DNA of 63,191 bases, the filler included, from Choristocarpus tenellus KU-1152 (taxonomy: Eukaryota > Protista > Phaeophyceae), in assembly GCA_964200185.2 (NCBI GenBank). It is 9 parts of 9 records of this genome, joined end to end, with 100 filler letters (N's around TTAATTAATTAA, not from the genome) between each part and the next. Parts side by side here need not be neighbours in the genome. Positions count along the whole stretch, not along the records: positions 1 to 17,700 come from CAXNAD020000638.1; 8 more parts are not named here. The stretch is one strand, 5' to 3'. Below are positions 1 through 13,977 of the stretch, in pieces; position 1 is the first letter of the stretch; every line of letters begins with the position of its first letter. The position numbers and the translations under genes are program-made. Under the pieces are notes generated by a model that was given only the letters and a program-made list of their open reading frames with translations, ran no database searches and was not told where the DNA came from.

Positions 1-2043
1 CCCCCTCCCAGATACTTTGGCATTGGTACCTCATCATAGGATCATCGATCATCCACGGTGCGTAGGAAGTATGGAACAGTTGACATCTACCAAACATGCA
101 AGCATAGTATGCCCCATATGAATTGTCCTAGATATTGATTTGAAGTTTGCTTTTTTGTTTTTTGATCTTCACATCAGAACCACAGGTTACATTTCAAATG
201 TTGATCATTCATTTGTCTCTGATTGTCTTTGCCCTACTTAGACCTCAAGTTCATCCTGCGCTAAGTGTACCTGACACATGACTAGATGCAATATATGCAG
301 AGTTAAAACATCCACAAAACCCTTCTTCACAAGGTGACAAGCCTCTACACAGAGCATGAGCCTCGTCCTTTGAATGTACCAAGGAATACCCTACATCGCT
401 GCAGCAGATAACCTCTGACTGTGCAAAACATGTCACTAGGTTCATTAGCATGAACCCACCGGCGCTTCATTGCATCATGACATCCCTTCACCACAACCAA
501 CCTACCACAGAACAAGAGCACGATTCTTTCCATCCCAGGTTTCAACAGCGCGTCAGTTATATGATAATGTTAGTACCATGCAGCAATAACTTGGGTTAAG
601 GGCACGACTTGGCGTGGAGGAGTTTGTGTAATATATCCATCAGCCTCTTTGGTGGACAGTATGAGAAACGCAAGCCTTTCGCTGGAGAGGAGCACCGAGT
701 GCATTTTGGGAAGGTGACAACCTGTTGTTGGATTGTGATCCTCCTAACACACAAAGAAGCAATAATCAATATGTGCTATTTTTTTCATTAAGTTTGCCTC
801 CTATCAGTACACATCATATCACCTAACCCTATCCTCACTCACGGTCACATCTTCACCCATTCCTAATCCACCAGGGCATTAATGTATGCCGTGGGTAGGG
901 GTCTTTGACCTGGATACGCAGTTCTGCAAGCTTCCATGAACCTGGCTTAAGAAATGAGATGCCACCTTCTATAGATGATCGTGGTGGTGTTACAAGGTTA
1001 GGCCGGTCAAAAATTTCATACGAGAAAAAGTCTTTTATCGACCGTCATCAACATTCGACGCATGGGTTGTTTTGTCGAGTTTCCTTTTTATTTTTCGTAC
1101 TTTTGGACTATTAAAATCCAGAGGTGCGTGAGACATATAATCTGTATGCATGATGTGATGAGAGCGAGACAGGATATCTACAAGTCAATTGTACCAATCT
1201 TATCTATCACAACACAGTAGTTACATTCTAGGGGGGGAAAGACATAGTCCATTACAAATAACACAAGGGACACACTATGTAGTAGAAGAGAGCAAACATT
1301 TGCCAATCAAACATTTCTAGGGCTGATTTATGCATGTATCTTAGAACAGTTACCCTGACAATAATTCATTTTGATGTCTCAGCTGGTGGACAGCAAGTAC
1401 AAGTCATCTATACATATTCATATACATATGACATATTATTACTACCTGCGAAATATTTTTTACCAAGCCTATTGGAATTGGAGTTACGCACCATTCAAGA
1501 GTTGTATAGTGTGGACAAAGATCGATAGAAAGTTAAAAAAGACCAGTGATACCTGTATATTTATTCGTACACTTTTTACAGGTCATGGACATTGGGATTT
1601 TTACATTGTTGTATCTATCATACCTATAAATGTTCCTACCTCACTGAGTGGTGTCGTGAGAGTTACTCGTTTGTGAGTGGTCTGATCACAGTGCTATGGC
1701 CTACATCGGGTGAACAAAGATGGGACACAGCATAAAAACGTAACAACAGAAACAAACAAACAAACCTCGGCATTCTTGGCAAGGCTGTGACCAAAGGGAG
1801 AGAGACAAATGCCTCTGTGCCTTTGATGCCGATTTACACACGGGACCTCACAGTTATGGGCTGTGCTGTCAAATTACTCAACAGATGTTCCAAGAATAGC
1901 AAGAGCTCCTCTGACACAATCACTACCCAAGTCTACACAAACTCGGGAGTCCTGAAGGACTTTAGGACCTCCAATGCCGAATTCCTGACTATTGCTTGTG
2001 CAGGTGGGGGCAGCTCCTGCCCTTTCATATATTACCTTACTAC

Positions 2044-5000
2044 TTATCTCTTCTTGACAGTCACCACTACATTCGAAGGTGAGAAATTCAGTCCATTGTT
2101 GAGAGACACCTGTACACCCACGGTGGCAGGCAGTGCCCCCCCAAGTGCCGCTGGAAGGGATTCAGGCAACTGGAACACCACCATGCATGGCTCGTCTTTG
2201 TCAATCCGACCTCTCTTTACTGTGCCCTTGGTGTCCAGGGAAGCTCCAACTCCATTCCCTAACCCTCCTGATCCTGCCTCCGCCTTCTGGATGCTGCCTC
2301 TCTTGCTGACAGATTCTTCCCTTGAGATCAGGAGTCGAACCTTAACCCTCCCAGAGTCAAAGAAGCCATTTCCTGTCAGAGTAAAATTTGTTGAAGGTAT
2401 ACCGCTGATTGCCACTGACTCGGGCTTGACAGACTGAATAACTGGGGGTAGAAAATAGGTGACCTGGAGTTTGGTTGACCACCAGTGAAACCCGTTGAAG
2501 GATACCTCTACACTCATAGTGCGGTTGGATGGAATGAGTTCTGGCTTCTCTGCTTCTGCCTCATCCATTGAATACCCTGACACCCCTGTTGCTATCTCAG
2601 TCTCGGAATCTAAATCTCCATCCCCTGCTAATCCATCGATTGAACTGTCCTTGGTTAACTCAACACAATGCTTTTTCGTGGTCATGTCAGCAATGTCCTC
2701 TGTGCATCCATCGCTGCCCATTATCTGAGCCTGTTTTGTTATGTGATGTCATGATGTGAGATTAGGACTCGAGGGGGAAAAGAAATAGAGTTGAAAACTG
2801 GAAAGGTTTACAAGATGAGTAAACTGGGCAGGTGGATAGTGTGGTGCAGATTGCAGAATTGATTTGCTTGGACATGTAGAAATCAAAGCTGGATATAGGG
2901 TACATTGTGTGCACATCCAACTTCCGAACCTGATGGGATGACTGGGACAAGGGTGGAACAACCATGTTGAAGGGTTCACTGCTGCACTCAGTCTCTTGCT
3001 CTTCCAAAGTTGGGCTACTTGGGGTTTCCTTGTTATTGTCACTCTCCTCGTTGATAATTTGATTGGCAGCATCAGTTGTAGATTTCCTTGCTGAGAGAAT
3101 TTTTCTACCAGAGGTAATGAGGCCTTCTTGCATGCCATTTTCGCCCTTACCACTTTTGTCTTGGTGCACATCTACTTTTCCCTCTGTATCCACTGACCTT
3201 GCTTCAAGCCCTGAGAGCTCAGAGTACAGAGGAACAGTTACATCTATTGAGTGCCGAAAAGAGTGCAAACGAACCTGTTAAGTGCATACAGATATGCAAG
3301 CGGGGTGTGATACAACAGGGTGTGATTCTGTTAGAGTTGTCCTAGGTGCATTTTAATATGGGCAAGAAATCTTGTAGGTGCAGGAGATGGCACATATACA
3401 AGCTTGGAACCGTGTATTGTGAGAGCACACAGTTACCCCTCCCTGTTTCCATCAGAATTGGTTCAGCATGTCACTTGTCACAGCATGCAGAGTACAGGTT
3501 GAGAGCAACTCCTCAGATTCTGCTTGTTGTTGCCTTCAATTCGCGCCATGCACACATACATTTCACAATGAAATGACAAAAGAGACTCAGAGTATCTGGG
3601 AGGGGGAGGCGGCTGTCCTTTTGGGGCCCATTTTTCCATATTGCGATTTTTGGGTGATTTGGTTCCATGCATTGGATGGATAATGTAAGTTCACTTCTCC
3701 TGATCAGAGTCCAAATGGACCCCCTGATGTGGACCCCCCCCTTCCCCCCCCTAGATACTTTGGGTCAAGATAGGTCGAGGGTAAGATGCAGAATTGGAGC
3801 ACTCTACTTTATGGGGCAGAGGAAAGGGGGCACATGAGACCCCAACGAACCTGAGCTACTTGGCTGCGAAAGATTGACGTGCAGGGCTGCAACTGTACTA
3901 CACCGCCCTTCTCTGCAAGGAGAAAGCAGGTGTCCTCCTTATCCTCACTTCCGACAATAGTGAAGTCACACTCTCTGTAGATTGTCAGGTAATCCTTCAT
4001 TGCGACGTAGTCCTCCCCATCCATAGTCACCTCAAGAACCACAAACCGAGCTGGTGCACTGGGCTCACATACTAGTTCACTTACTGTCTCAGGTAGGGCC
4101 ACTGATATATCCCCTGTAGCCTTGACCGCCATATCCTGAAGGGGGATCACATCCTCATCCTCTGAGCCATACCTAATACGGGCAGCAGCCTCAGGAGCTG
4201 CATATAGACTTTTCCCAAAGAGTTGCAGCAATACACCAGCTATTGCTGGGACTACTACTGGGCTGCAAGAATAGATTTGAGGGTCATGTGCAACAAAGCG
4301 AAGTGGATGCTCAAGGGCACAGATAGTAAATGACTGCCCATTAAGGGCTAGAGAAACACGAGAAATGAAGGGCATTTGCTGCCCCTCCACTGGAGGTGTG
4401 TCACATGTTATGAAAAGACATCGTTGCTTTTCCTTGTCTGGCGGAGGCTGCCAAGGCTCGGAAGGATCTTCTCTTGACATGGGTGTAATCAGCTCCGATT
4501 CCAACTCTGCGGGCATGAAAAAGGTTCGTAGTGGTACACCCTCACAGCTTGGGCTACCATTTTCCTCCTCAAAGCGTACAATGCTGGTCTCCCCAGGAGT
4601 GAAGAACTCACCATCCAGTCGAATTCTTTTTCCATCGAAAGGTGGTTTGCAAATAATTGGCGTAACATCTGTTAAAACAGGTTGTATGTAGTAGCAGAAG
4701 GTCTTGCCATCTTCTGTGAACTGATTGCCCCTAATAGATACCTAAGAAGTGTGTGCAGATGGGGGATATGTTAGTTAAGTGTGTTGGGGAGTAGAGGTAA
4801 AAGTAATCCAAGAATGTGTTATTGGAATCTTTTATGTAGGTATGTGAGGCTGAAGGGGGGGGGTTCCCGACACCATTGCTACTACCGCAGTAGTGATTGT
4901 GCAAGGAGCTACTGCATCTAAGTCAGCAATGCGATGCGATATGCTGAAGTTGTGTAAGGATACGATCAATATGTTGGCATGGAGGACTTACTCTTGTGTA

Positions 5001-7368
5001 CTTCTGGAAAATGAATGCGCTAGAGATTTTCCGTGGTATGGCTAGATAATCCATACAGATAGTGCTTCGAACAAGTCATGGTGCTCCGCAACATGTTGCT
5101 TAGATCACCATACAATATCCCCTGGGATATTGTGTCGTACGCCATAGATGTACGTCATAGACAATCCTTGAGAAATACTTTGCGAAGTATTATTTACAGC
5201 ACTTAAAAACATCTCCTTTAGATGCGTCATGGCTTAGCACATGAAGGATGGGGAAACTCATGTAGTCAAGTTGAGAGTGTCCGTCTTAGGTCTCTCTCAA
5301 GAGCAGCAGGAATTAAAATGCGACAGGTAGTCAACATTGGTTGAAAGGTTGTTACATCCAATATACAACCTTCTGTGTAACAAGCATTAGTTGTTAGTGT
5401 ATCGCTTGTAATTGCTGCTTTTCTTTATAGTCTAACCACTCTGGAGTACTCTAGAGTATATCATTGTAGGGTTCCTGCTGCTTTATGTCTATTTTGTGTA
5501 TATCACTTTGAAGTATGTGTATAATGTATCTTGTTGTGAATATGGGTTGTGATGGCAGAAAAGCATAGAGATCTTTCTTTACTTGGACACTGAATCACAG
5601 CTTGCTAATCACAATGCAGAGTATATTTTTAATGGAGACACCAGCAGGAGGAATCAGCAAACCTCACCTCAACATAGACCAGCTCTGCCTCTGCAAAACA
5701 TGGTACCACGCACGTTATCATCTCATGGTGGCATTTGCCAACCCCGGCATATTTCCCTATACTTGATCGGGAAACTGCATTGGATCCTTTTTCCACTGGT
5801 GCAAATCTCACCACAATGTCATCTGAGTTCCAGAACCCACAGCCTCGGATTGTGACTGTACATCCCCCTGATAGAGGTCCTGACTTTGGATCAATTGAAT
5901 AAACATGTAGAGGCACGAGGGCCATCCCACCTCCATTGCACAGGGCAAAATCAGTTACCACCTTTCCATTCAGCCCCTCCACACGCTTGGGTCTAGTCAC
6001 ACTGCTTGAACTCTCTCTGTAACCCAGCTTGCCCTTGCTACTGCATCCCCATGTCAGCAGCTCACCTTTTGCAGTGAGTGCACCAGAGCAATTTCCAGAA
6101 GCGCCTATTTTTGTCACTTCAAGTGGCATGTCCTCCTTTCCAGTGGCACTTGTACCTAGGATCACTTCCGGTTTGAAGCGAGTTTTGTTGTCACCTAGCC
6201 CAAGTGCTCCCAGTGCATTGAATCCCCAAGAAAATAGAAACCCTTGGCTTGATCTGGCCAGCGAGTGTGACCATCCAGCAGCCACCTCCACAAAGGGCTT
6301 CCCTGTGAGAGGGCACTCTTTCAGCACCATTGTTGGAATAGCAATCTTTGTGACACGCCCAACACCCAGCTGGCCTGTACCTCCCTCACCAAAGGCCCAT
6401 ATCTCCCCTGCTCTTGTAATAACCAAGGTGAAGTTCTGACCACAGGAAATGCTACTCACAGGGCGCGATCGCTTCTTAGTGGCAAGGAATGTGGGAACTG
6501 CCTTGGGCAGCAATTGGGTTCCACAGATAGATTCATTTAGCTCATCAGGAAGATGACGGCTGGCGTGACCGAGTTGTCCCTCCATTCCACGGCCCCAGGT
6601 GAAGACATCTCCGCATGATGTTAGGACAGCAGAGTGCGCACCACCACAAGCAACCTGCACCACCCTGTATCCTTGGAGGGCAAGGATTTGTTGCGGGTAA
6701 GTACTCTCAGAGTACCTAGCCCCTAGACCCAGCTGAGGTTATTTGGTGCCCGTGGATGGTTGTGGAGATGTGAACAGAGGCATGACAAAATGCAGTATGA
6801 ATATCTGTAAGTAGTCTTTGGATCAATCTTATCGCACAAGAACGTTCCTGCCTTTGACAACAATATGGCGGTGAGAACTCAATTTGCCTTTGAATTAAAA
6901 ATGCCATCACGTACGCACCCACGCAGGCAGCCTCCGTCCTCCAGACGAGGTGATAGCTTTGGGGCCTCGTATATACTGAAGTGTGAAGAGTTGCAATGGA
7001 TACGTTGTGCTTCCCCCCCACCTTGCACTATTTCTCTACCACACACACAACTAACCCACCTGCCCATACTGCCCTTTTCCCCAAGAGAAGACCTCGGTGA
7101 TGCTTACTGAATCCGCACCTCCTCCTCCATGTTTTCTAAATAGCAGAGTATGCCCCTCCCCGAATGAGATAGCCTGCACATTCGAAATGTCCTGGTGATC
7201 ACCGCAGGTGTTGTAAGCCCAAGTCAATCTGGTTGCACCGTGAACTACCGAGCCTCCAAAGCCAGCCTGTACTCTTTTTGGAAGGTCTTGTCTTGCAGCC
7301 TCGAAGGGTGTGGGCCCGTCCTCTGACCCTGGGGCCATTGGTCCCCAGTAGTAGACCTCTGCCGACAT
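2044..7368 (-). CDS. RCC1-repeat + IPT/TIG-domain protein, ~1098 aa; exons 7368-7060, 6732-5668, 4741-3851, 3274-2930, 2730-2044
   Basis: RCC1 motifs: VFSWGKGQYGQ|LGLG, VACGGAHS..VFTWGRGMEGQLG, ISCGQNFT..IWAFGEGGTGQLG, VAAGWSHS..LFSWGFNALGALG. IPT/TIG-like motifs: SIDPKSGPLSGGCTVTIRGCGF, VEVSFNG, VQVSLNNGLNFS. All four introns are GT-AG and phase 0, and the spliced frame is open (3297 nt). Confidence 0.85.
3584..3766. mobile_element. MITE family A copy in an intron of the RCC1 gene
   Basis: TIRs GACTCAGAGTATCTGGG...CTAGATACTTTGGGTC with AAGA on both flanks (3580-3583, 3767-3770). The interior resembles the copies at 8173 and 58815. Confidence 0.85.
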
Positions 7369-7484
7369 CGCAAAGAGGTTTGTTCGAGCCCCCAATCTGC
7401 AGTTTTAAAATCTCACGTCCCCCACTATGTACAAAACTCCCCGTATCGGTTTCACTCTTGCGAATCCATAAAAAAATATCTTGG

Positions 7485-7493
7485 CTACTACTA

Positions 7494-7537
<44 letters not shown>

Positions 7538-7538
7538 T
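7485..7538. repeat. (CTA)n microsatellite upstream of the RCC1 gene
   Basis: Visible tandem CTA/TAC run. It is the source of the poly-Y ORF 7233..7700. Confidence 0.95.
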
Positions 7539-8172
7539 ATTCTAAGACAATTATTATCATTTATTATTTGTACGACAAATTCTCTTATTGCTGTCTATTA
7601 CGGTGGGAGGATCAACTCATTTCGAGCCCTTATTTCGTACTGTAAAATCAGTATACATACCATAGAGAGGCCCCTGCTAGTCCACTCAGAATCTCAGTGA
7701 CACAACAGCCTACTCAAGGCACTGCACAATTCTGAAGTCTCATGCTATTTGGATATTAGTAGCATTCATTACAGGAGAAGTGCAACCTAGCCATCATCAG
7801 TAGTTTGATGCCTACCAAGGACTCTCGTCTATCTCATGTCTACATATTTTTCTGTCAAATGACCACACATATATGCGACTGTGTTGTGTGAAATTTTTCT
7901 CCAAGTAATTTATTGAGGTGAGGGACACAAAATCTTGGATACTCATACTTCAACCTCCCTCCATCCTTCACACAACATTGGTCCCCCATCATCGATTCCA
8001 CATCAAAACACATCCTAGTCCATTCATTTTAATAAAACTTACACAAAGTCGTTTTCTTCATGTTGCCTTGAGAGGAACTTTCCTTGGTACTAGGTTTATG
8101 CCCCTTAATCATCTTCCAACAACTATTTCCTCACAAACGAGAAAATATCTCAACCATTTTCATCTGTGCTGA

Positions 8173-8346
8173 GACCCAAAGTATCTGGGGGGGGGGGTCT
8201 ACACCAGGTTGTCCATTTGGACCATAACCAGGAAAGGTGCACTTACATTATCCATCCGACGTATGCAACCAAATCACACAAAAATCACGCCATAAAAAAA
8301 TTGACCCCAAATAGACAGCCGCCACCCCCCCCAGATACTTTCAGCC
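8173..8346. mobile_element. MITE family A copy
   Basis: GACCCAAAGTATCTGGGGGG...CCCCCCAGATACTTTCAGCC. The interior is the reverse complement of the 3584 copy. Confidence 0.85.
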
Positions 8347-9747
8347 TCGAGCACTTGGTCGATAGACCTGACCAGACACTCATTGACCATTATCTTATAT
8401 ATCAAGCAGGTGGTGAACAGTGACTGAGCATTCACCGACAACAATATTTTGAGCATCCCCTTTGCACCCAATGATTGTTGAAGTGATTGCAACTAATACC
8501 TGGTCACCAGCAGTAGCAGGCCAATAGACAATATTCAATATTGCATCGTTTGCCCTGTAACAGAATAATTGGCGGTTCACTTTTTTTCAGTAGTTCCACA
8601 GCGCATAACCGGGCTCTGTTTGTGCTTGTACTGTACTACACATTGAGTAGGGTGACATGTATTGTTGTCTTCCCTAGAGAGAATGCAACAATAAAGGAAA
8701 ACAGAGAGGTCCCTCATTCAGGAGGATTTAGTTCCACAACGGAAGTGGAAAACCAGCAAGTGAGTACCAGAAACATATTACATAGGAGACCACTGATGCA
8801 CATGAAGAGAGTGACGTTGAATGGTGGGCATAGGTGCGTGCATTGAGATGCAACCTGAATGATCACAAAAGTTTTTAAAATAGATCGGCGATGGAACAAC
8901 ACACCAACGGACAAAGACAAAAAAGGAAGGCGTGAACAAACTGGGGAAGAATCATACTAACCAAGAGTTGTACATGGTTACATGTAAGGATCCCCATAAA
9001 TGGTCCCAATAAACGCTCTTTTACACATTACGAAAAGGAACTTTGCTCAATTGTGGTGATTAGTTTTTTGTCTGCTGCTCTTCTGCAGTGACTTCTTCGT
9101 TTTTGGGGGCTTCTATTGCACACAAAAAAACATGGGGTGCATTGCACAGGGAATAAGAAAGGGTGTACAATTCTAATGCAATTGTCACTTTGGTGGTGTA
9201 CCCATGGTGCAATATTCAGAAAAAACTCAGCGCGTACATCACAGCTCCACCGATAGAGCAAAGGTGCATGCCTACAACACCCACCTCAACAACTTTGGCT
9301 GACTGAACTGTCCCACTAGCAACCATCAAGAAAAAGGGATACTCCAAGTACAAGGTCCACGCCACATAACAACAGTGGTAAGAAGAAGCCATGGCAAGGA
9401 CAACATATATCCAGCCTTGCAGCACAGCCATTCCAGCTGCATACAGACTTTCCACCTCTCCTGACATACATGCACACCTCTCCTGCATATTCAAACGAGC
9501 AAGGTAAAACATATATAGAAACAACAATCACTACACACAAAACACTACTTCACTGACCCATTGCTGGGGTAGGCAAAAAGGTTAGCCACATGAACATAGA
9601 GCAAGAAGGAGTGGAATACCACCCTCACAACTCTAGTATACCCCCCCCCCCCCCCCCCCCTTCCCCCCCCCTTCCCCCCCCAGGGGCCCCCCCCGCCCCC
9701 CCAGGGCACTCCNNNNNNNNNNCCCCCTCCCCCCTTGCGCTCCCTCT

Positions 9748-12700
9748 TCACCCACAGTGGACCCACAGCTCCAGCCAAGGCCTTTCCAGGAGCAACTCTT
9801 TCCCTCTCTCTCGCCATTGGACAACATTTTCTGCTGAGAACATCTCCTCCAAAGAGGCAAATAGTTCAGGTTCGAGCACCGATCGGATGGTCTCAACAAA
9901 GACATCTGGGAAAGCGCCAAGCCTCACCAAGTCTCTAGGTGTAGATACCCGGGCCTTCTCGAGGGCCTGTCGCGTGTTATTGAAGGCGTTCACAGGAGAG
10001 GAGAAAGAGGAAGGAGGAAAGAGACAAAATGGTGTAGGACACTGAGAGGTGAGTAGGGCAACTTGGACAACAAGGCGAGCAGGATTCAAAAATTTGTCCA
10101 CCCTAACGGCATTGAATGTGAGGCCAGCTGTTGAGACTTGTGGGGGGGAAGGGGGGAGCCTTTGCTAAGGGGTATTGACTAGGGAGGAGGAACCCTGTGC
10201 CGGATATCTTGTTGGTTACTCACGATCGAACCCCCTCCTCTACATTGGATAGATCACCAACCATACCCCTTTTAATGATCAATCCTAATTGTATTAGGGC
10301 AGTGCCTGTGCCTTGGTAATGTGTGACTCTACAAATCGAAAATGGGAATAACAATGCCAATCTTTCTCTTGCACACACACACACACACACATATATGTAT
10401 GCATCTATGGAAGGGGGCAAGGCACACTCACACTTATACTCTCACTCACTCACTCACTCACTCACTCACTCACTCACACACACACACAGCAGCCTCCCAA
10501 AAGCTTTCAAAGTGATGCTTGTATTAATAGTGCAATCTCATGAAGTGAAGCATGGACTGAATACTAACCCCAAACAGTTTGCACAGATAGACCTTAGCCT
10601 ATAGCAGAACATCGAAGATCTGAAATGTCATTCTGGAAATGCGATGTGAAGGGATCCCTTCAACACTGGCCTACATCAATGAATGACACACACTCCTCAG
10701 CAGTACAAAGTATGAGAATACTCCTCTGTAAGTATGAGCATATTGCTGTACTACTACTTGACTGCTTTGGAGTGTCCACGGGCACAATGGCATAAATCCC
10801 ATCACAGGGACATTTTGTCTAATGGAAGAAGGGTTGAAAACAGCAGTCCCTGAAAATTCACCCCTTAAGGGTACAATACCCTTAAGTGGCATAAAAATTG
10901 AACGTGCGTGACTTTGAAAAGTATTGGCGGTGGGAAGTATTTGCATACACTGAACCACTGGTGGACTATTGTCTCCCCGGGGTTATATCCAAAGTTGCTG
11001 TTGTTCCATTGGACCCTTCACAACTAAACGCGTTCTGAATCAATGCTTTCTAACGCATATGTGTGTGCAGTCAGGCAGAAAAGTTTGGTGGATGAGTTGC
11101 AGAAGATATGCCTGTGGAACACATTACCAACACATTTTCTGTTTCAAATGGCCTACAGTTTAAATGAACATAGAACTATTGAGTATTGACCACATGGGTG
11201 AATGCAGAGTTGTCTTTGTCTAAGCCCATTAATCCTAGCACCAATCCTCAAAAACATTTCTCGTCTAACAATTAAAACCCCGACAAAGACACTGCTCACC
11301 TCCACCATGTCATCTCCCCCAACAAGTTCAGTCATAATCGCATCTAGCTCCTCTGCCCGTGCCTGCTCAACCCAGGAGGCCACGTCCTCTGCCCCAGTTT
11401 GGTTCTTAAGCTTCTGTGCCAGATCCTCCTCATCCCCATCAGCAAGCTGCCCTGGTGTCCTAATCCCGACAGCTATCAAGAATGCTGCATTCTCCTTGCC
11501 CACCAGATCGGATAGGCCCTCCAAATCTGTATCCACATCATGCTGTGCTCCAGCACATCCTATCCCATCAGAAGGGGAATGTAAGGCACTCTGCCTTCTG
11601 TCCTCTATCTCCCCAGCTGTAGTTGCGATAGGAGGGTCACCTACTGACACAGCCTGAGATGCTGTGAGCCTGGCCATTGCGGCCCTAGCTGCCAGACTTC
11701 GGAGGGTGTCACTGACAGAACCGGCTTGACTCTTTGCTCCTCCTGTAGGCTCTTGCTCCTCCTCCTCCTCCTGGTGTCCAGCCATGCTGCCTCTATCTTC
11801 CTCTGTGATGCCTGTTCCTTTGTCTACTTTCCGACCAGTCCTGCCCTCTACAGCTGGGGAGTCCATATCATTTCCAGACTCTCTGAGTGCATTGTTGTGA
11901 GATAGCATGTATATTAGTACAAAACGGTCATACAAGGAAGAAAATGACATGAGCAGGCATCTTCCTCATCACTTTGCCATTCCTATCCAATACAAAAGCT
12001 CTCACCAAGTCATCATTAGGGTGTAAAATAGAGGTCATCATTGTGCTTAGACATATTGGTGTCCTGTAAGTGCTATATGTGAAAGATCCAAGGCATAAAG
12101 GTTTTGTATCCAAATTTGCAGGTTAGACTCGATCAATTCCCCATTAGTGAACATACAGTGCAGTGGAAAAAAAAAGTGGAGGGCATCCTGAAAACATACA
12201 AGAGTGGCAAATAGTATTTCAAAGCAACTGCTGATCCAATCCATACTCTTGAAAGGAGTTGATGGGAGCAAGCACAAACATGATGGTCTCTCAGGAACAG
12301 GTAAGTGGTCATAATAAATGGTAATCAAGGACAATGATACATTATGGGTATAGTGATGAAGGATCTGTGATGGCACAAAATACACCAAGGGATCATACAT
12401 GAGTTCATACACCTATTGCACCTCCTCTCACATCTTCTGCTTCTTGGTTTTTTGCCTTCTCTCTTCTTCTTCCATGAGCACATTCTGCCGTGCTTTCTCG
12501 GATAGGTGCCTTTCTCGCACGTGGAGGAAAGACCAGTCCTGGTCTGGGACTGCCAACTCCAATGCCCGTGGCACATTGCCTCCCCAATGAGTCACAAGAG
12601 ACCAGAAGATTCGTGGACTGCAGCCGGCCATGTTGTGAGGCTTCAGCATTTCCCGAGACTCTGGATCGGCAGCCACCATTCGAACAACAGCAGCAACCTG

Positions 12701-13801
12701 GGCTTGTGGGATGCATTCCACATCTTCCTCAAAGTTACTCTTGGTCCCTGGGCCCTTGGAGAAGGCCACTCGCAACGATGCAGGTTCCCCAGTGCCCAGT
12801 CGCCGTTGTCCTGCCCTGCCGTCTGACTTGAACCAGCCACCCATCGCGGCACGGACGCGAGCATCGGCCTTGCTCTGGTCGTATTGTTTGTCTACAGCCA
12901 GTCGCATTGCTTTCCGGAAGAACTTGTTTGCGGTACCACTCCCACCGCTAACAGCGTTGAGCAACCGTTCTGACACGTCAGCTTCACTCTTCATCTGCAC
13001 TCTGGTTCCTCGGCGTCTCTTCGTTCCTGGTGACGGATTACTTATCCCATCCACAACCTGGCCCTCAGACCTCCGTTCAGTATGGGCAACAGGACCTGAT
13101 AACCGATGACTGGAAGTGTTTCCCCGCCCCATTCCCCCACTTCCAAACAAGGGGCTTACCTGTCCTGGCTCGGATCCTCGTACGTTGCCTGCATCGCCGG
13201 GCATTCTAACCTTGCGTACAGGGGATGAAGGAGTAACCGGTCCAGAGAGCGAGTGGATTCCACCTAAATTTTTTCCAGCAGCATGTTTTCCCTTCCTCAA
13301 AGCCTTCTCTTTCCCCTTTCCCTTACTGCCATGCCTGGTGGTAAGGGCTGGAGCCTCACCCCGCGAGTGACCCCAGCTACTTCCCTGAGGGTTGGCAATC
13401 CCAGAAGAGGATTCTCCTAACCGGATAGTTACGATCTCATTGTCAGCCAGCGCGCTCCCTACAGCAGCATCTGCTGCCAGCTGGAGTGGCCTGGTGAGGA
13501 TAGACAGCGAAATCACCGATGTGGCATATTTAGTATGCCGTGTGTAGAAGTACTGCTTCTATTTCACTTGTATATAGACGAGAATTTCATAGGAAAAAAA
13601 TCACCCCCGTGATCACCTTGGGGGGAAGCCCGCCATTATGGTTGCTTGTGTTAGATCATCTCCTGTTTCCTTGTTTTGCTTGAGGAGGTCTAGGATCTTG
13701 CCTTTGAAATCAGCGAACGAAGTCTCGAGGGTACAATTCTCTAGGAGTAGTATAGGTGTGGCCATCGATGGACACCTGACACGCACCCGAAGAGCAACCA
13801 T
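9748..13801 (-). CDS. Protein with an N-terminal ubiquitin-like (OTU1/UBX-like) domain, an uncharacterised central domain and C-terminal HhH-like repeats, ~681 aa; exons 13801-13617, 13490-12432, 11882-11300, 9966-9748
   Basis: N-terminus LRVRVRCP...IMAGFPPR|PLQL...LADNEIVTI carries the GFPP loop typical of OTU1/UBX UBL domains. Repeats FLIAVGIRTPGQLAD and ALEKARVSTPRDLVR. GT-AG introns join in frame (2046 nt). Confidence 0.75.
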
Positions 13802-13977
13802 TTGTCCCTTGTGTTATTTTCACCTCTTCTCTGATCATCTGCTATAAGTGGGTGATGCTGCTGAAACCGCCAATGCAGCCGCCCAATGATATGCAACACC
13901 TTCACCAAATAGTTTCCCTACATCCCATTTAGTTGATTCAGGTACCCACAAAGCTGAAGCACGCACTGGTGCTGACC
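13802..13977. promoter_or_regulatory. Putative bidirectional promoter (176 bp between divergent ATGs)
   Basis: Head-to-head ATGs at 13801(-) and 13978(+), with a CCAAT near 13884. Confidence 0.5.

Noticed and set aside
250-970. Minus-strand exon-like remnant with ETWDGKNRAL, reminiscent of the DUF262/ParB DG..R motif
   Set aside because: Multiple stops in every frame; one short motif is not enough for a call.
1787-2437. Long antisense ORFs (1787..2437, 6029..6439, 11202..11657, 27762..28649, 45032..45544, 48770..49384)
   Set aside because: Shadows of real exons on the opposite strand.
7233-7700. Poly-Tyr, poly-Val/Cys and poly-Pro/Gly ORFs (also 35291..35604, 9590..10045, 51975..52217)
   Set aside because: Translations of microsatellites or homopolymer runs, some next to gaps.
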